NCBI GenBank assembly: GCA_964005815.1 | Contig: CAXFSR010000009.1 | Span: forward strand, 1-64,000 | DNA: 64,000 nucleotides | Reading direction: 5' to 3' | From: an uncultured Nitrospinaceae bacterium | GTDB lineage: Bacteria; UBA8248 | Shown: piece after piece, positions 30,843-41,202 of the stretch | Numbering within the stretch: position 1 is the first letter of the stretch | How the letters are laid out: each line of letters opens with the position of its first letter | The notes under the pieces: model-generated | Databases searched by the model: none | The model's input: the letters and a program-made list of their open reading frames with translations, nothing else | What the model was told of the DNA's origin: nothing | Made by a program: the position numbers and the translations under genes

Positions 30843-32387
30843 TTAGGGGTTTTTTCCAACTGTAATTTTCGAAAGAGATATTAGGTCTTCATTTTGATAG
30901 ACCTTATAACCCTTTATCTTCTTATTAAAGATAGCGACGTTCACTCCGTGCCATAAATTGATATAAGGTAAATCACTTGCAAGTATTTTTTGTACCAGTT
31001 GGTATTTTTCTTTCCTATAATCCTTGTTTTGATTGAGGCTTGCATTTTCCAATAGTTTGTCGACTAATGGATTTTTGTACTTTCCCCTGTTTAATCCCTT
31101 TGGGGAAAAAAAATTACTGTGAAAGATAAAACGGTATATATCAGGATCAGAAATTCCGACCCAAGTAAGTGAATAAAGTTGAAAATTCCCTTTTCTTATA
31201 TCTCCAAAAAATGTCCCCCATTCATAGGATCTTACTTTGATTTTTATTCCAACAGAGGATAACTGGTCTGCCAAAACAGTAGCAATACGGCGCCTTAGTT
31301 CATTCTGTGATGTTTTAAAAGTTAGAGAGAATCTAGGCAAAGGTCCTTTTCCATCTGGATCAATATAACCAGCTTGATCGAGTAGTTCGTTAGCGTATTG
31401 AATATTGTGTTTGTATTTTTCTAAATTCGGATTATGAGCCCAATGGTTATGTTGTAATAGTGTATTTGAAGGTACAACGAGATCTTTTAAAATATATTTA
31501 ACTATGGGTTTTTTGTTTATTGCGTGAGCAATTGCCTTTCTTACTAATTTGTTTGAAAGAATAGGGTCTTCTAAATTAAAACCTATATATGAAAAATTTG
31601 TTCCCAGTCTCTTTGATATTTTTAGATTCGGGTTTTTTTCTAGTCTTGGAAGAAGATCGGGAGAAAAACCATTTTGAATAAAGTCTACTCCACCGCTTTC
31701 TAACTCAAGTATACGAATTGTTTCTTCTGGAATAATTTTAAAAATCAATTTTTTGAAATTTGCAGATTTTCCAAAATATCTTTTAAAAGGTATTAATTCT
31801 AACGTTTCGTCATTTTTATACTGAGAGAATTTAAAAGGACCGGTTCCTATAGGTTTTTGTTGAAAATCTTTTGAAGTTGATTTAGGAACTATTCCAATCA
31901 TAAGACACTCTGAAAATGAGGCAGATGGTCTTTTGAGAATAAAAGTGAGTTTATATCTTGAATTTAATTGTATTTCTTTCAGGTCCTTAAGCATTGAAGA
32001 TTTAGGGGAACCAAGAAGAGGGTCTTTTAGAGATTGAAAAGTATATTTTATATCTTCAGATGTTAATTCCTTGCCATTATGGAAGTATACATTCTCTTTA
32101 ATTTTTATTGTATGTGAAAGTTGGTCCGTCTGTTCCCATTTCTCTGCTAGTACTAAAATAATTTTGCCGTCTTTGTCAAAAGAAAGTAAAGGACTAAAAA
32201 GAAACCTTTGGATTTGATTAGAAACAGAATCTTGAGATAATCTTGGATCTAATTGTGTTGGATTTGAATCCAAAGCAACAATAATATGATCTGTTCTTGA
32301 ATATTCTTTCTTTGAGCAGCCTAGAAGGATAAAAGGAATAATAATAACGAACAGTAAAACTTTAAAAGTACTTTTCAAGAATTCCAA
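30843..32387 (-). CDS. Peptide ABC transporter substrate-binding lipoprotein (family 5)
   Basis: LLGC lipobox, LDPR, FHNGKELTSEDIKYTF, PIGTGPF, VRKAIAHAIN. Confidence 0.9.
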   Translation of the reverse strand: MEFLKSTFKVLLFVIIIPFILLGCSKKEYSRTDHIIVALDSNPTQLDPRLSQDSVSNQIQRFLFSPLLSFDKDGKIILVLAEKWEQTDQLSHTIKIKENVYFHNGKELTSEDIKYTFQSLKDPLLGSPKSSMLKDLKEIQLNSRYKLTFILKRPSASFSECLMIGIVPKSTSKDFQQKPIGTGPFKFSQYKNDETLELIPFKRYFGKSANFKKLIFKIIPEETIRILELESGGVDFIQNGFSPDLLPRLEKNPNLKISKRLGTNFSYIGFNLEDPILSNKLVRKAIAHAINKKPIVKYILKDLVVPSNTLLQHNHWAHNPNLEKYKHNIQYANELLDQAGYIDPDGKGPLPRFSLTFKTSQNELRRRIATVLADQLSSVGIKIKVRSYEWGTFFGDIRKGNFQLYSLTWVGISDPDIYRFIFHSNFFSPKGLNRGKYKNPLVDKLLENASLNQNKDYRKEKYQLVQKILASDLPYINLWHGVNVAIFNKKIKGYKVYQNEDLISLSKITVGKNP

Positions 32388-32533
32388 TTAGGGGTCACTT
32401 TTAAAATGGAAGGGCAGATAGAAACAACAATGAATTTGTCATATGTTATACTGAACGTCAATACGGTTATTTTGTAGACATTAGAGTGTTATTTAGGCTC
32501 ATCATTGTAATCATTTAAGTTCTGGAGTTTTAG

Positions 32534-33088
32534 ATGGTTAAGGATAGTTTTTGTTTCAGGATTTCAAAAAATATTTTTTTGTTTTTCATCTTTTTATTTT
32601 TCGTATTTTTTTACTCTGTTTTTCCAATTACAGGAGAGACAATTCCAGAAATACCTAAGATTGGTGAAAAAGCTCCTTTTTTTGAGTCTGGAGAATTTAA
32701 TTCAAAAAATCTTTTAGAAAAAAAGAATCTAATAATCGTTTTTTATAGAGGACATTTTTGAGGTCATTGTCAAAAGCAACTTGTAGAGTTGCAACAGAAC
32801 TTTAGTAAACTAAATAATGAAGATTCTAAGCTTATTGCTATAAGTACGGATGGGAATGATGAAAAAAAACAAACATTAGTTGAACTTGGAGTTAAGTTCC
32901 TGCTCGTTTCTGATTTGCAAAGAAAAATAATCCGTTCTTTTGGTGTGCTTCATCCACAGGAAGGTATCTCTAGACCTGCTGTTTTTATAATAGATAAGAA
33001 AGGGTTAATAAGATATCGTAAGATAGGGATAGATTATACCGATAGACCCACTGTGAAATTATTGATACAGATTCTTGCTCTTTTGTAA
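32534..33088 (+). CDS. Putative selenoprotein: exported peroxiredoxin-like (AhpC/TSA-redoxin) protein with UxxC motif (Sec at 32759-32761)
   Basis: The two track ORFs 32534-32761 and 32789-33088 are one frame joined by TGA: IGEKAPFF...IIVFYRGHF-U-GHCQKQLVELQ...LIAISTD...LVSD...RPAVFIIDKKG; matches FYRGxWCxxC redoxin motif; SECIS-like hairpin follows. Confidence 0.85.
32776..32792 (+). promoter_or_regulatory. Putative bacterial SECIS hairpin
   Basis: GCAACT-TGTAG-AGTTGC: 6-bp stem, GU-containing loop 20 nt after the UGA; possible lower stem TTGT(32767-70)/ACAG(32794-97). Confidence 0.65.
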
Positions 33089-33109
33089 AATCAGGGAAGG
33101 AGGTCTAAC

Positions 33110-34720
33110 TTGTCCAGGTTTTTCCCCCTGAATTATTTTTCAGTTTTTTCTTGTCTTATTTTCTTTTTAATTTTTCATTTTTACTCCACTCCAGCATTTT
33201 CTAGCAAGAAGAATAAAATAAATTATAAAATACAGTCATTGTCGGTACTAAAAAAACTCTTGAAAAAGTCGATAAAAAGGAATTGTAGAAAGACTAAAAA
33301 TCTTGGATTCATAGTACAGTCTTTGACGGTAGGAGATACACTTTTTTCTCATTTTGCCCATAGGAAAAAGATCCCAGCTTCCAATATAAAGATTCTTACT
33401 TCAATAGCAAGTTTTTATCATCTAAGACCTGAGTATCATTTTGTTACAGATGTATATTCTGTCTCTCCTCTATCAAATGGAGTAGTTCGAGGTAATATTT
33501 TTCTAAAAGGTTACGGCGATCCAGTTTTTCTCCAAGAAAATATCAAAGAATTGGTGAACAAACTTAAATTGAAAGGGGTAAAAAAAATTGTTGGCGATAT
33601 TGTTGTAGATGAAAGTTTTTTTGATACAAAAAGATTTGGAACTGGTTGGAAAAAAAATAAAAATTTAAAAACTTATATGGTTCCTAGTGGTGCACTTTCT
33701 TTAAATTTCAACTCGGTTTTAATAAGTGTTGATCCTGAAAAAAGAAATAATCTAGATGCACCGAAAATTAGAATAGATCCATACACAGAAGTGATTAAAA
33801 TAAAATCTAAAATCAAAAGAGACAGATCCACTAAGAGAGCAAAATTAACTTTTCAAAAGGTTTTTTCTAAAAACAAAAAAGATATTTTCTTAATCAAAGG
33901 AAAAATTTCGCGTAAAGGAAAAATAATTAATAAGCGTTTACCCATAACGTATCCATCTTTTTATACAGCGGGAGTTTTTGTATCTTTACTTGAGAAGAAC
34001 TCAATTATTTTAAAAGGTAGAATTAAGATAGGTCGTACGCCAAAAAAGGCTAATTTGTTAGTTCGTCACAAATCAAAAAGTCTTTCTTCAATAATTAAAA
34101 CAATGAACAAGTGGAGTAATAATTTCGTTTCTGAACAGATTTTGAAAACTTTAGGAGCGGAATTATTTGGTTTGCCAGGCACTTCAAAAAAAGGTCTGAA
34201 AGCAATACAGAATTACCTTTTTTCTATAGGTCTTTCTAAGAAATCTTTTAAAATATTTGATGGTTCCGGCTTGAGTAGAATGAATAGAATTACACCTTAT
34301 GCAATGGTTAAAGTTTTAGAACATGCTTTTCATGACCATCGTTTTTCCTCTGATTTTATTTCTTCTCTTCCCATTTATGGTATTGACGGGACTTTGAGAA
34401 AAAGAAGGAGATTAGCGAAAGATGAATATAGAGTTAGGGCTAAAACAGGGTATCTAAATGGAGTCAGTTCTCTAAGTGGTTATATTTTTTCTAAGAATGG
34501 TGAAATCCTTGGTTTCTCTATTTTAATTAACGGGAATGGATGTAGAAGCAAAAGATTAGTTCGAGAGATAATGAGATATTTACAGTTGTTGGATAGGTCA
34601 CTTCATAAAAAAGGGAAGAGCATAGTTATCAATATAAAAAAAAGGAAGAAAATTTCGCGAGCGTTAATAAAAAATAATTTAAACAAATGGCATAAAACTT
34701 ATAAGCCAAGATTGTATTAA
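33110..34720 (+). CDS. dacB: D-alanyl-D-alanine carboxypeptidase/endopeptidase (PBP4, peptidase S13)
   Basis: PASNIK (SxxK), SNN, DGSGLSR, KTG motifs; GGAAGGAGG RBS. Confidence 0.9.
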   Translation: MSRFFPLNYFSVFSCLIFFLIFHFYSTPAFSSKKNKINYKIQSLSVLKKLLKKSIKRNCRKTKNLGFIVQSLTVGDTLFSHFAHRKKIPASNIKILTSIASFYHLRPEYHFVTDVYSVSPLSNGVVRGNIFLKGYGDPVFLQENIKELVNKLKLKGVKKIVGDIVVDESFFDTKRFGTGWKKNKNLKTYMVPSGALSLNFNSVLISVDPEKRNNLDAPKIRIDPYTEVIKIKSKIKRDRSTKRAKLTFQKVFSKNKKDIFLIKGKISRKGKIINKRLPITYPSFYTAGVFVSLLEKNSIILKGRIKIGRTPKKANLLVRHKSKSLSSIIKTMNKWSNNFVSEQILKTLGAELFGLPGTSKKGLKAIQNYLFSIGLSKKSFKIFDGSGLSRMNRITPYAMVKVLEHAFHDHRFSSDFISSLPIYGIDGTLRKRRRLAKDEYRVRAKTGYLNGVSSLSGYIFSKNGEILGFSILINGNGCRSKRLVREIMRYLQLLDRSLHKKGKSIVINIKKRKKISRALIKNNLNKWHKTYKPRLY

Positions 34721-34745
34721 TACTTAATTTAAAAGAGAAAATAGA

Positions 34746-36545
34746 TTGAATAGGACTGAGATTCTGAGAAATAGTTCCGATAGTAAATGGACAATCCGCT
34801 ATGCAGATGAAGATAAGATTAATGAATTAACAAATGTTTTAAAAATTCCAAAGATTTTAGCTAAACTCCTAGTCTTGCGAAATATAATTGATACAAAAGA
34901 AGCAAAGAATTTTTTAAATACAACCATGGAAGATATGCATGATCCTTTCTTAATGAAGGGAATGGAAAAAGCTGTAAAACATATAGTAGGGAATATTCTA
35001 GATAAAAAGCCTATCGGGATTTATGGTGATTTTGATGTTGACGGAATAGCATCTACTACACTTTTATTTTCATTTTTCACTTCCTTGGGAGTTGAGTCTC
35101 ATTATTATATTCCTAGTCGTTTTGAAGAAGGATATGGTTTGTTCATGAAAGGCATTAAAGAACTTTCTTCAAAACAATGCAGTACTATTATTACTGTTGA
35201 CTGTGGAATTAGTGCACATGAAGTTGCAGAAGAGGCTGGTAAAATTGGAGTTAATCTAATTATTACAGATCATCATAGGCCTTCTGCGAAACTTCCAAAT
35301 TGTTATTCTGTTATTTCTCCTGCACAAAAAGAATGCCCATATCCTTTCAAGGGATTAAGTGGTGTCGGAATTGCATTTAAATTAGCTGTAGCAATTAGAA
35401 GGAGATTATATGAATTTGCTTCTTTGAAGAATTTACCTAATTTAAAAAACTTTCTAGATCTTGTAGCTCTAGGAACTGTAGCTGATTTGGTTCCCCTAGT
35501 AGATGAAAACAGATTTTTTGTTAAGACTGGTCTAGAATTACTTTCCTGCGAGGATTCTCATAAGAGCAATTCATTGAAAGATCCTCGGAGAATTGGCATA
35601 AAAGCATTGCAAGCCGCAGCTAATTTAAAATCAAGTGTTATCTCACCAAGAGACATCTCTTTTTCAATGGCGCCAAGAATAAATTCTACTGGTAGAGTCG
35701 GTAATGCTAAAGCAGCAGTAGAATTACTTGTTTGTGATGATCAATCTAAAGCTAGGTCTCAAGCGGAAAAGATCGAAGAGTGGAATCGTCAAAGAAGGGA
35801 ACATCAAGATCGAGCTATTGAGGATGCATTTTCTCAGGTTGAATGTTCTGACCCAACCTCTGTCGAATATGGAATAGTTTTATCAAGCGAGAAATGGCAT
35901 CCTGGTGTTATAGGCATTGTCGCATCGAATATTGTAGAAAGATATGAGAAACCAACTGCAATAATTCATATTGAGGATTTGAAAGGAAAAGGTTCAGTAA
36001 GAAGCATAGAAGGGATTGATGTTTATAATATTCTTGAGCAGTGTTCAAGCTCATTAATTCAGTTTGGTGGGCATAAGGGCGCAGCTGGGTTGACGATAAA
36101 ATCAGAGAAAATCGATTTATTTCGGAGTTTATTTAATAATGCTTTGAAGAATTTAAGACTATCTGAAAGTGAAGAATCGATTTTTTGGGTTGATGAAAAA
36201 GTTGATCTAACGGAAATAAATGATTTTTTTGTAGAAGAAATTGAAAGATTATCACCTTATGGGACAGAGAACGAAAAGCCTATTTTTGTGAGTGGTCCTC
36301 TTTCTATAATTGGCTCTCCCATCTTGGTTGGATCTAAAAAAGAACATTTAAAATTGGATTTTCAGGTTGGCGATGAAAGGATTAACTCTATAGGTTTTGG
36401 ATTAGGGTTTTTATCTCAAGAGTTCGATATGGAGAAAGAAAAGATAGAAATTGCATTTTCCGTTGGTTTTAATAAATGGAGAGGAAGAAAAAAAATACAA
36501 CTTGACCTGCTTGCAATTCGACCATTTAGATCATTCAGTTCTTAA
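34746..36545 (+). CDS. recJ: Single-stranded-DNA exonuclease RecJ
   Basis: YGDFDVDG, TVDCG, TDHH, LGTVAD, APRINS, HPGVIGIVAS, FGGHKGAAG. Confidence 0.93.
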   Translation: MNRTEILRNSSDSKWTIRYADEDKINELTNVLKIPKILAKLLVLRNIIDTKEAKNFLNTTMEDMHDPFLMKGMEKAVKHIVGNILDKKPIGIYGDFDVDGIASTTLLFSFFTSLGVESHYYIPSRFEEGYGLFMKGIKELSSKQCSTIITVDCGISAHEVAEEAGKIGVNLIITDHHRPSAKLPNCYSVISPAQKECPYPFKGLSGVGIAFKLAVAIRRRLYEFASLKNLPNLKNFLDLVALGTVADLVPLVDENRFFVKTGLELLSCEDSHKSNSLKDPRRIGIKALQAAANLKSSVISPRDISFSMAPRINSTGRVGNAKAAVELLVCDDQSKARSQAEKIEEWNRQRREHQDRAIEDAFSQVECSDPTSVEYGIVLSSEKWHPGVIGIVASNIVERYEKPTAIIHIEDLKGKGSVRSIEGIDVYNILEQCSSSLIQFGGHKGAAGLTIKSEKIDLFRSLFNNALKNLRLSESEESIFWVDEKVDLTEINDFFVEEIERLSPYGTENEKPIFVSGPLSIIGSPILVGSKKEHLKLDFQVGDERINSIGFGLGFLSQEFDMEKEKIEIAFSVGFNKWRGRKKIQLDLLAIRPFRSFSS

Positions 36546-37668
36546 GAGTATTAAATGAGGTTCTGTCGTCTGGTTTCATTGAAAAGGCTTGAAGATCTTT
36601 TAAATCTATTCCTTTTGTAAGGAGCATGACTTTTATTCCACTTCCTAATCCAGTTGGATCCAGTATTCCCATGACTCCTTTATCATTTATGTTAGGTTCA
36701 GATTTACTCTCTTTTTCAATTAGATCAGTTATCCCGCCTCCTATGCAAAAATGGGACTGATCTGTAAATCCATTTAGGGTAAAACCTAATTTTTCTGCAT
36801 TTTTAACTATAAATGAAAAATTTACATCAGCAGTAATGTCTGATTTTCCAACATTTTCTAGAGAGACTTCTGAGACCATATGTTTCCTGAAACTCCTTGC
36901 AGTACCATGAAATCTTGTTTTGTCGAATATAACTTGATTTGAAAAACCGTAATCAAAAATCAAAACTGCTCCTTTCTTTAATTTTTTAGAAATAAGTTCG
37001 AGCCAAACTTTAGTGTCTAGAGCAATTTCGAATGTTTGTCCTACTTCAATATATTTGTCTATTTCTTTTATGTGTTCGTTAAGTTCTGATTTGGAAAGAG
37101 GACCGAGTTGATATTTTAATTTATTTGATTCTAGAACAATATATTTTTCTTTATATCCTCTATCTGTTTTCTGTAAAATATGAAAGGGAATGGCATCAAG
37201 AAATTCATGGGCTAAGATCACTCCTTCAAAAGAATCTGGGAGATTTTCTGAAAATGATATTTTTTCTTTGAATTTAGACAATAAATCTCTACTTTTTTTC
37301 GCAAGATGAGTACTCTTTTCAATTAAAATATAGTCAAGGTATTCGTTATTCTTTATAAGGGATTCTAGAATGTCATATGCTAAAAAACCTTCCCCAGGAC
37401 CGTATTCTACAATTTTAAAATTAACTGGGTTCATCATTTTATTGAAAATAATTTTAATCTGTTTCGCTATAACTGAACCAAGCCACTTTCCATAGTAATG
37501 GCTGGTAATGAATGCTCCATCTTTCCCGAATTGATTTTCGATATTGGAATAAAATCCACCTTGAGGGTTATACAAAGCTATTTCCATAAAATCATAGAAT
37601 GACAAAGATCCTGAATTTAGTTTTTTCAAGATTTTTTCATTAATGTCTGGATCGTTTGAAATTTTCAT
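36535..37668 (-). CDS. SAM-dependent methyltransferase, MidA/NDUFAF7 family
   Basis: FMEIALYNPQGGFY, FITS, VEYGPGEG, HEFLDAIP, FDYG, DITADVNF. Confidence 0.85.
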   Translation of the reverse strand: MKISNDPDINEKILKKLNSGSLSFYDFMEIALYNPQGGFYSNIENQFGKDGAFITSHYYGKWLGSVIAKQIKIIFNKMMNPVNFKIVEYGPGEGFLAYDILESLIKNNEYLDYILIEKSTHLAKKSRDLLSKFKEKISFSENLPDSFEGVILAHEFLDAIPFHILQKTDRGYKEKYIVLESNKLKYQLGPLSKSELNEHIKEIDKYIEVGQTFEIALDTKVWLELISKKLKKGAVLIFDYGFSNQVIFDKTRFHGTARSFRKHMVSEVSLENVGKSDITADVNFSFIVKNAEKLGFTLNGFTDQSHFCIGGGITDLIEKESKSEPNINDKGVMGILDPTGLGSGIKVMLLTKGIDLKDLQAFSMKPDDRTSFNTLKN

Positions 37669-37753
37669 TCTTTAATTATACAGGAATATACTTTTATATG
37701 TATTTGTTGTGTTAAAATGAATCAATCTTATTTTGATTAAAATGGAGATACAA

Positions 37754-38002
37754 ATGTTGGTTAAGGTGAAATGTTTTGCATGGGCCTACGAAGTTACAGG
37801 TTCAGAAGAGATAGAGATAGAAATAAAAGATTCGGCAAAAGTATCTGATCTAAGAGAGTGTCTTTCGCAGAAGTATCCTCAATTTTCTGGTCGTATGGAA
37901 TCTATTGCTGTTTCAATAAACCAAGAATTTGCGGGAGAAGGGTCTGCAATTTCTGTTTCTGATGAAATAGCGCTTATTCCTCCTATTAGTGGAGGTATCT
38001 AG
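37754..38002 (+). CDS. moaD: Molybdopterin synthase sulfur carrier subunit
   Basis: VKCFA, AVSINQEF, DEIALIPPISGG(I); start moved from 37733 to ATG 37754 (GGAG RBS). Confidence 0.85.
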   Translation: MLVKVKCFAWAYEVTGSEEIEIEIKDSAKVSDLRECLSQKYPQFSGRMESIAVSINQEFAGEGSAISVSDEIALIPPISGGI

Positions 38003-38443
38003 ATGATATGTAAAATTGTTGATGCCCCAATAGAAGTAGAAAAATTGATAGGCACTTTTGAATCTGAATCACTTGGTGCTATCTGTTCATTCACGGGTAT
38101 GGTTAGGAGTGAGAGTCGTGGTCAAAAAGTTACTCACTTGGAGTACCATACATATAAGGAAATGGCTGAAAAGAAACTTTTGCAAGTTATTAGTGAAGCA
38201 AAAGAAAGGTTTAAAATTTCTGATTTGTTAATTATCCATCGAATTGGAACGTTGCAAATTGGAGAAGTTGCTGTGTTTATCTTAGCAGCTTCTGCACATA
38301 GAGATGCTGCATTTAAAGCATGTAGATTTTCAATAGATCGCATTAAACAAATAGTTCCTATTTGGAAAAAGGAATTTGGAGAAGATGGCGCTGTTTGGAT
38401 AGAAGATTGTCCTATTGACGCGAATGAAAACAAGAGAGTTTAG
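38003..38443 (+). CDS. moaE: Molybdopterin synthase catalytic subunit
   Basis: GAICSFTGMVR, LEY, HRIG, SAHRDAAF, PIWKKE. Confidence 0.92.
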   Translation: MICKIVDAPIEVEKLIGTFESESLGAICSFTGMVRSESRGQKVTHLEYHTYKEMAEKKLLQVISEAKERFKISDLLIIHRIGTLQIGEVAVFILAASAHRDAAFKACRFSIDRIKQIVPIWKKEFGEDGAVWIEDCPIDANENKRV

Positions 38444-38511
38444 AAAATAAATCAGAAAAATGAAGAGTTTTTTTTTCGGTTTTAAAGAAAATAATTTTTT
38501 TAGATTTAATA

Positions 38512-39243
38512 ATGAATAAAAATAGTTTGCTTGAAATCAAAACAATTAGTGCCTCTTATCCGGGTGGGATGCAAGTTCTCAATAGTGTTTCAATTCAAGC
38601 TTTAGAGGGAGAAATTGTTTCAGTTATTGGTTCTAACGGTGCAGGGAAATCTTCGACACTTAAATCGGTTATGGGTTTCTTGAATGTCACCAAAGGTGAA
38701 ATTCTTTTTAAGGGAAAAAGTTTGAAAGGGTTAAGGCCTGAACAAATTTTATCTGCTGGACTTGGTTACGTTCCCCAGGGAAGGGTAGTTTTTGAAAAAA
38801 TGACAGTAAAGGAGAATTTAGAATTAGGTGCTTTTATATTTCAAGATTCAAGAAAAATTGCAGAATCTATGTCTAACGTTTTTTCAATTTTCCCTCTATT
38901 AGAAGAAAGACAGGAACAATTTGCAGGAACTATGAGTGGCGGAGAACAACAGATGCTTGCAGTTGGAAGGTCTTTAATGACAAATCCAAATATTTTGATG
39001 TTGGATGAACCTTCACTTGGATTAAGTCCAAAATATGTATCAGAGATTTTTGAAAAAATAATAGAACTGTCAAATCAGGGTTTTACAATTATTCTAGTTG
39101 AACAAAATGTTACACAAGCTCTAGAAATATGTGATCGTGGATATCTTCTAGAACTTGGAAGAAATAAAATAGAGGGTACCCGAGATCAGCTTATTTCCAG
39201 CCACGAAGTCCACAATATGTTTTTAGGAGGGGGTAATTCTTAA
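38512..39243 (+). CDS. Branched-chain amino acid ABC transporter ATP-binding protein (LivF-like)
   Basis: GSNGAGKS, YVPQGR, MSGGEQQMLA, LDEPSLGL, LVEQN. Confidence 0.88.
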   Translation: MNKNSLLEIKTISASYPGGMQVLNSVSIQALEGEIVSVIGSNGAGKSSTLKSVMGFLNVTKGEILFKGKSLKGLRPEQILSAGLGYVPQGRVVFEKMTVKENLELGAFIFQDSRKIAESMSNVFSIFPLLEERQEQFAGTMSGGEQQMLAVGRSLMTNPNILMLDEPSLGLSPKYVSEIFEKIIELSNQGFTIILVEQNVTQALEICDRGYLLELGRNKIEGTRDQLISSHEVHNMFLGGGNS

Positions 39244-39333
39244 GTTATTAGGTTTTTTCTATCCCTTTAAAAAACGGTATGGTATAAATTCTATGATTTG
39301 TTTGATCTTTATTTTTATTGAAGGATAAGTAGG

Positions 39334-39972
39334 ATGGTTCAAGTGAAAATATGTGGAATAACAAATGTAGAAGATGCTGAAATAGCTATAAATTTTGGAG
39401 CAGATGCTCTCGGATTTAATTTTGTTCCGGGAACACCTAGATTTCTCGAAGATCAGTATGCTAAACAGATAATGTCTTCTTTGTCGTTTTTTGACGAAAA
39501 AATTGGTGTTTTTGCTGATGAGGAAAGAAACAAAGTGGAAAAAATATCATCTGAACTAGAATTAAAGACAATTCAATTGCATGGAAATGAGACTCCACAA
39601 GACTGTAATTATTTTGTTGAAAGAGGGTTCCGTGTAATTCGCGCTATTAGAGTAAAAGATTCAAGTACCATTAACCATGTCTCAGAATATGAAAATTGTA
39701 TTATACTTTTAGACTCTTTTGTTAAGGGAAAGTTAGGTGGTACTGGGAAGAAATTTAATTGGTCATTAGTAAAAGATTTTACTGCAAGAAAATCGATTAT
39801 CCTTTCTGGAGGGTTAAATCCATCGAATGTAGAGGAAGCCTTAAAAGAAGTTTCTCCTTTTGGGGTTGACGTTTGTAGTGGAGTTGAAAGAAATAATCCA
39901 AGAAAAAAAGATTCTGAATTAGTCAAAAAATTTATAGTTAATGCAAAAAGCGTATTAAATATAGGACAATAA
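39334..39972 (+). CDS. trpF: Phosphoribosylanthranilate isomerase
   Basis: [31 protein letters not shown]. Confidence 0.93.
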   Translation: MVQVKICGITNVEDAEIAINFGADALGFNFVPGTPRFLEDQYAKQIMSSLSFFDEKIGVFADEERNKVEKISSELELKTIQLHGNETPQDCNYFVERGFRVIRAIRVKDSSTINHVSEYENCIILLDSFVKGKLGGTGKKFNWSLVKDFTARKSIILSGGLNPSNVEEALKEVSPFGVDVCSGVERNNPRKKDSELVKKFIVNAKSVLNIGQ

Positions 39973-39974
39973 TT

Positions 39975-41183
39975 ATGCCAACAAATGAAAAATTGATTCC
40001 AAAAGGTCGTTTTGGAAGGTTTGGTGGGAGGTTTGTCCCAGAAACTCTCATGCCTGCTTTAGAAGAGTTGGAATTCGCCTACGAAGATGCAAAAAAAGAT
40101 CCTTTGTTTCAAGTAGAACTTGATGGATTGTTAAGGGATTTCGTAGGTCGGCCGACTCCATTATATTTTGCAGAAAGACTTTCTTCTGAATTGAAGAATT
40201 TGAAAGTGTATTTAAAAAGAGAAGATCTATGCCACACTGGTGCGCACAAAATAAACAATACTATGGCACAAGTGATCTTAGCAAAAAGATTAGGGAAAAA
40301 ACGTATTATCGCAGAGACAGGTGCAGGTCAGCATGGAGTTGCTACTGCTACTGCTGCGGCAAGATATGGCTTGGAATGTAGTATATACATGGGAGAGGAA
40401 GATATAGAAAGACAGGAGTTAAATGTTTTTCGTATGCAACTTCTTGGAGCAACTGTTATTCCAGTTAAGTCTGGAAGTGGAACTTTGAAAGATGCGACAA
40501 ATGAAACTCTTCGTGACTGGACTGCATCAGTTAGAACAACGCATTATATAATTGGCTCTGTTGTGGGTCCTCATCCTTTTCCTGAGATGATTCGTGACTT
40601 TCAAGCGGTCATTGGAAGAGAAACTCGTAAACAGATTTTAGAAATTGAGGGAAGATTGCCCGATTCGTGTGTTGCATGTGTTGGAGGCGGAAGTAATGCA
40701 ATCGGTTTGTTTTATCCCTTTTTAGAAGATAAAGATGTAGAACTAGTGGGCGTAGAGGCAGGAGGAAGGGGATTAGAATCTGGAGAACATGGTGCTTCTC
40801 TAGCTGCTGGAAGAATAGGAGTTCTTCATGGTTGTGAGACTTTTCTTCTCTATGATGAAGATGGACAAATTATTCCTGCTCATTCTGTTTCTGCAGGATT
40901 AGATTATCCTGGCGTTGGCCCTGAACATTCATTTTTAAAAGATTCAGAAAGAGCACGTTATTTTACTGTTGAAGATACTAGAGCACTCGAAGCTTTTCGA
41001 AGATTGTCAATTTTAGAGGGAATTATTCCCGCTTTTGAAAGTGCACATGCTATTGCTATTTTAGATGAATTAGCGGATGAAGTTTCTTCGAATAGTTTTG
41101 AAAAAATAATAGTTGTAAACCTGTCTGGGCGCGGAGATAAAGACGTTTATCAGGCAAGAGGTTTATTGAAAGATCTAATTTGA
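39975..41183 (+). CDS. trpB: Tryptophan synthase beta subunit
   Basis: [51 protein letters not shown]. Confidence 0.96.
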   Translation: MPTNEKLIPKGRFGRFGGRFVPETLMPALEELEFAYEDAKKDPLFQVELDGLLRDFVGRPTPLYFAERLSSELKNLKVYLKREDLCHTGAHKINNTMAQVILAKRLGKKRIIAETGAGQHGVATATAAARYGLECSIYMGEEDIERQELNVFRMQLLGATVIPVKSGSGTLKDATNETLRDWTASVRTTHYIIGSVVGPHPFPEMIRDFQAVIGRETRKQILEIEGRLPDSCVACVGGGSNAIGLFYPFLEDKDVELVGVEAGGRGLESGEHGASLAAGRIGVLHGCETFLLYDEDGQIIPAHSVSAGLDYPGVGPEHSFLKDSERARYFTVEDTRALEAFRRLSILEGIIPAFESAHAIAILDELADEVSSNSFEKIIVVNLSGRGDKDVYQARGLLKDLI

Positions 41184-41202
41184 TTCTAAAGGGAGTTTAA
41201 AG

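Noticed and set aside
32789..33088. Independent 99-aa ORF with TTG start
   Set aside because: It is the C-terminal half of the UGA-interrupted redoxin and lacks the active-site motif on its own
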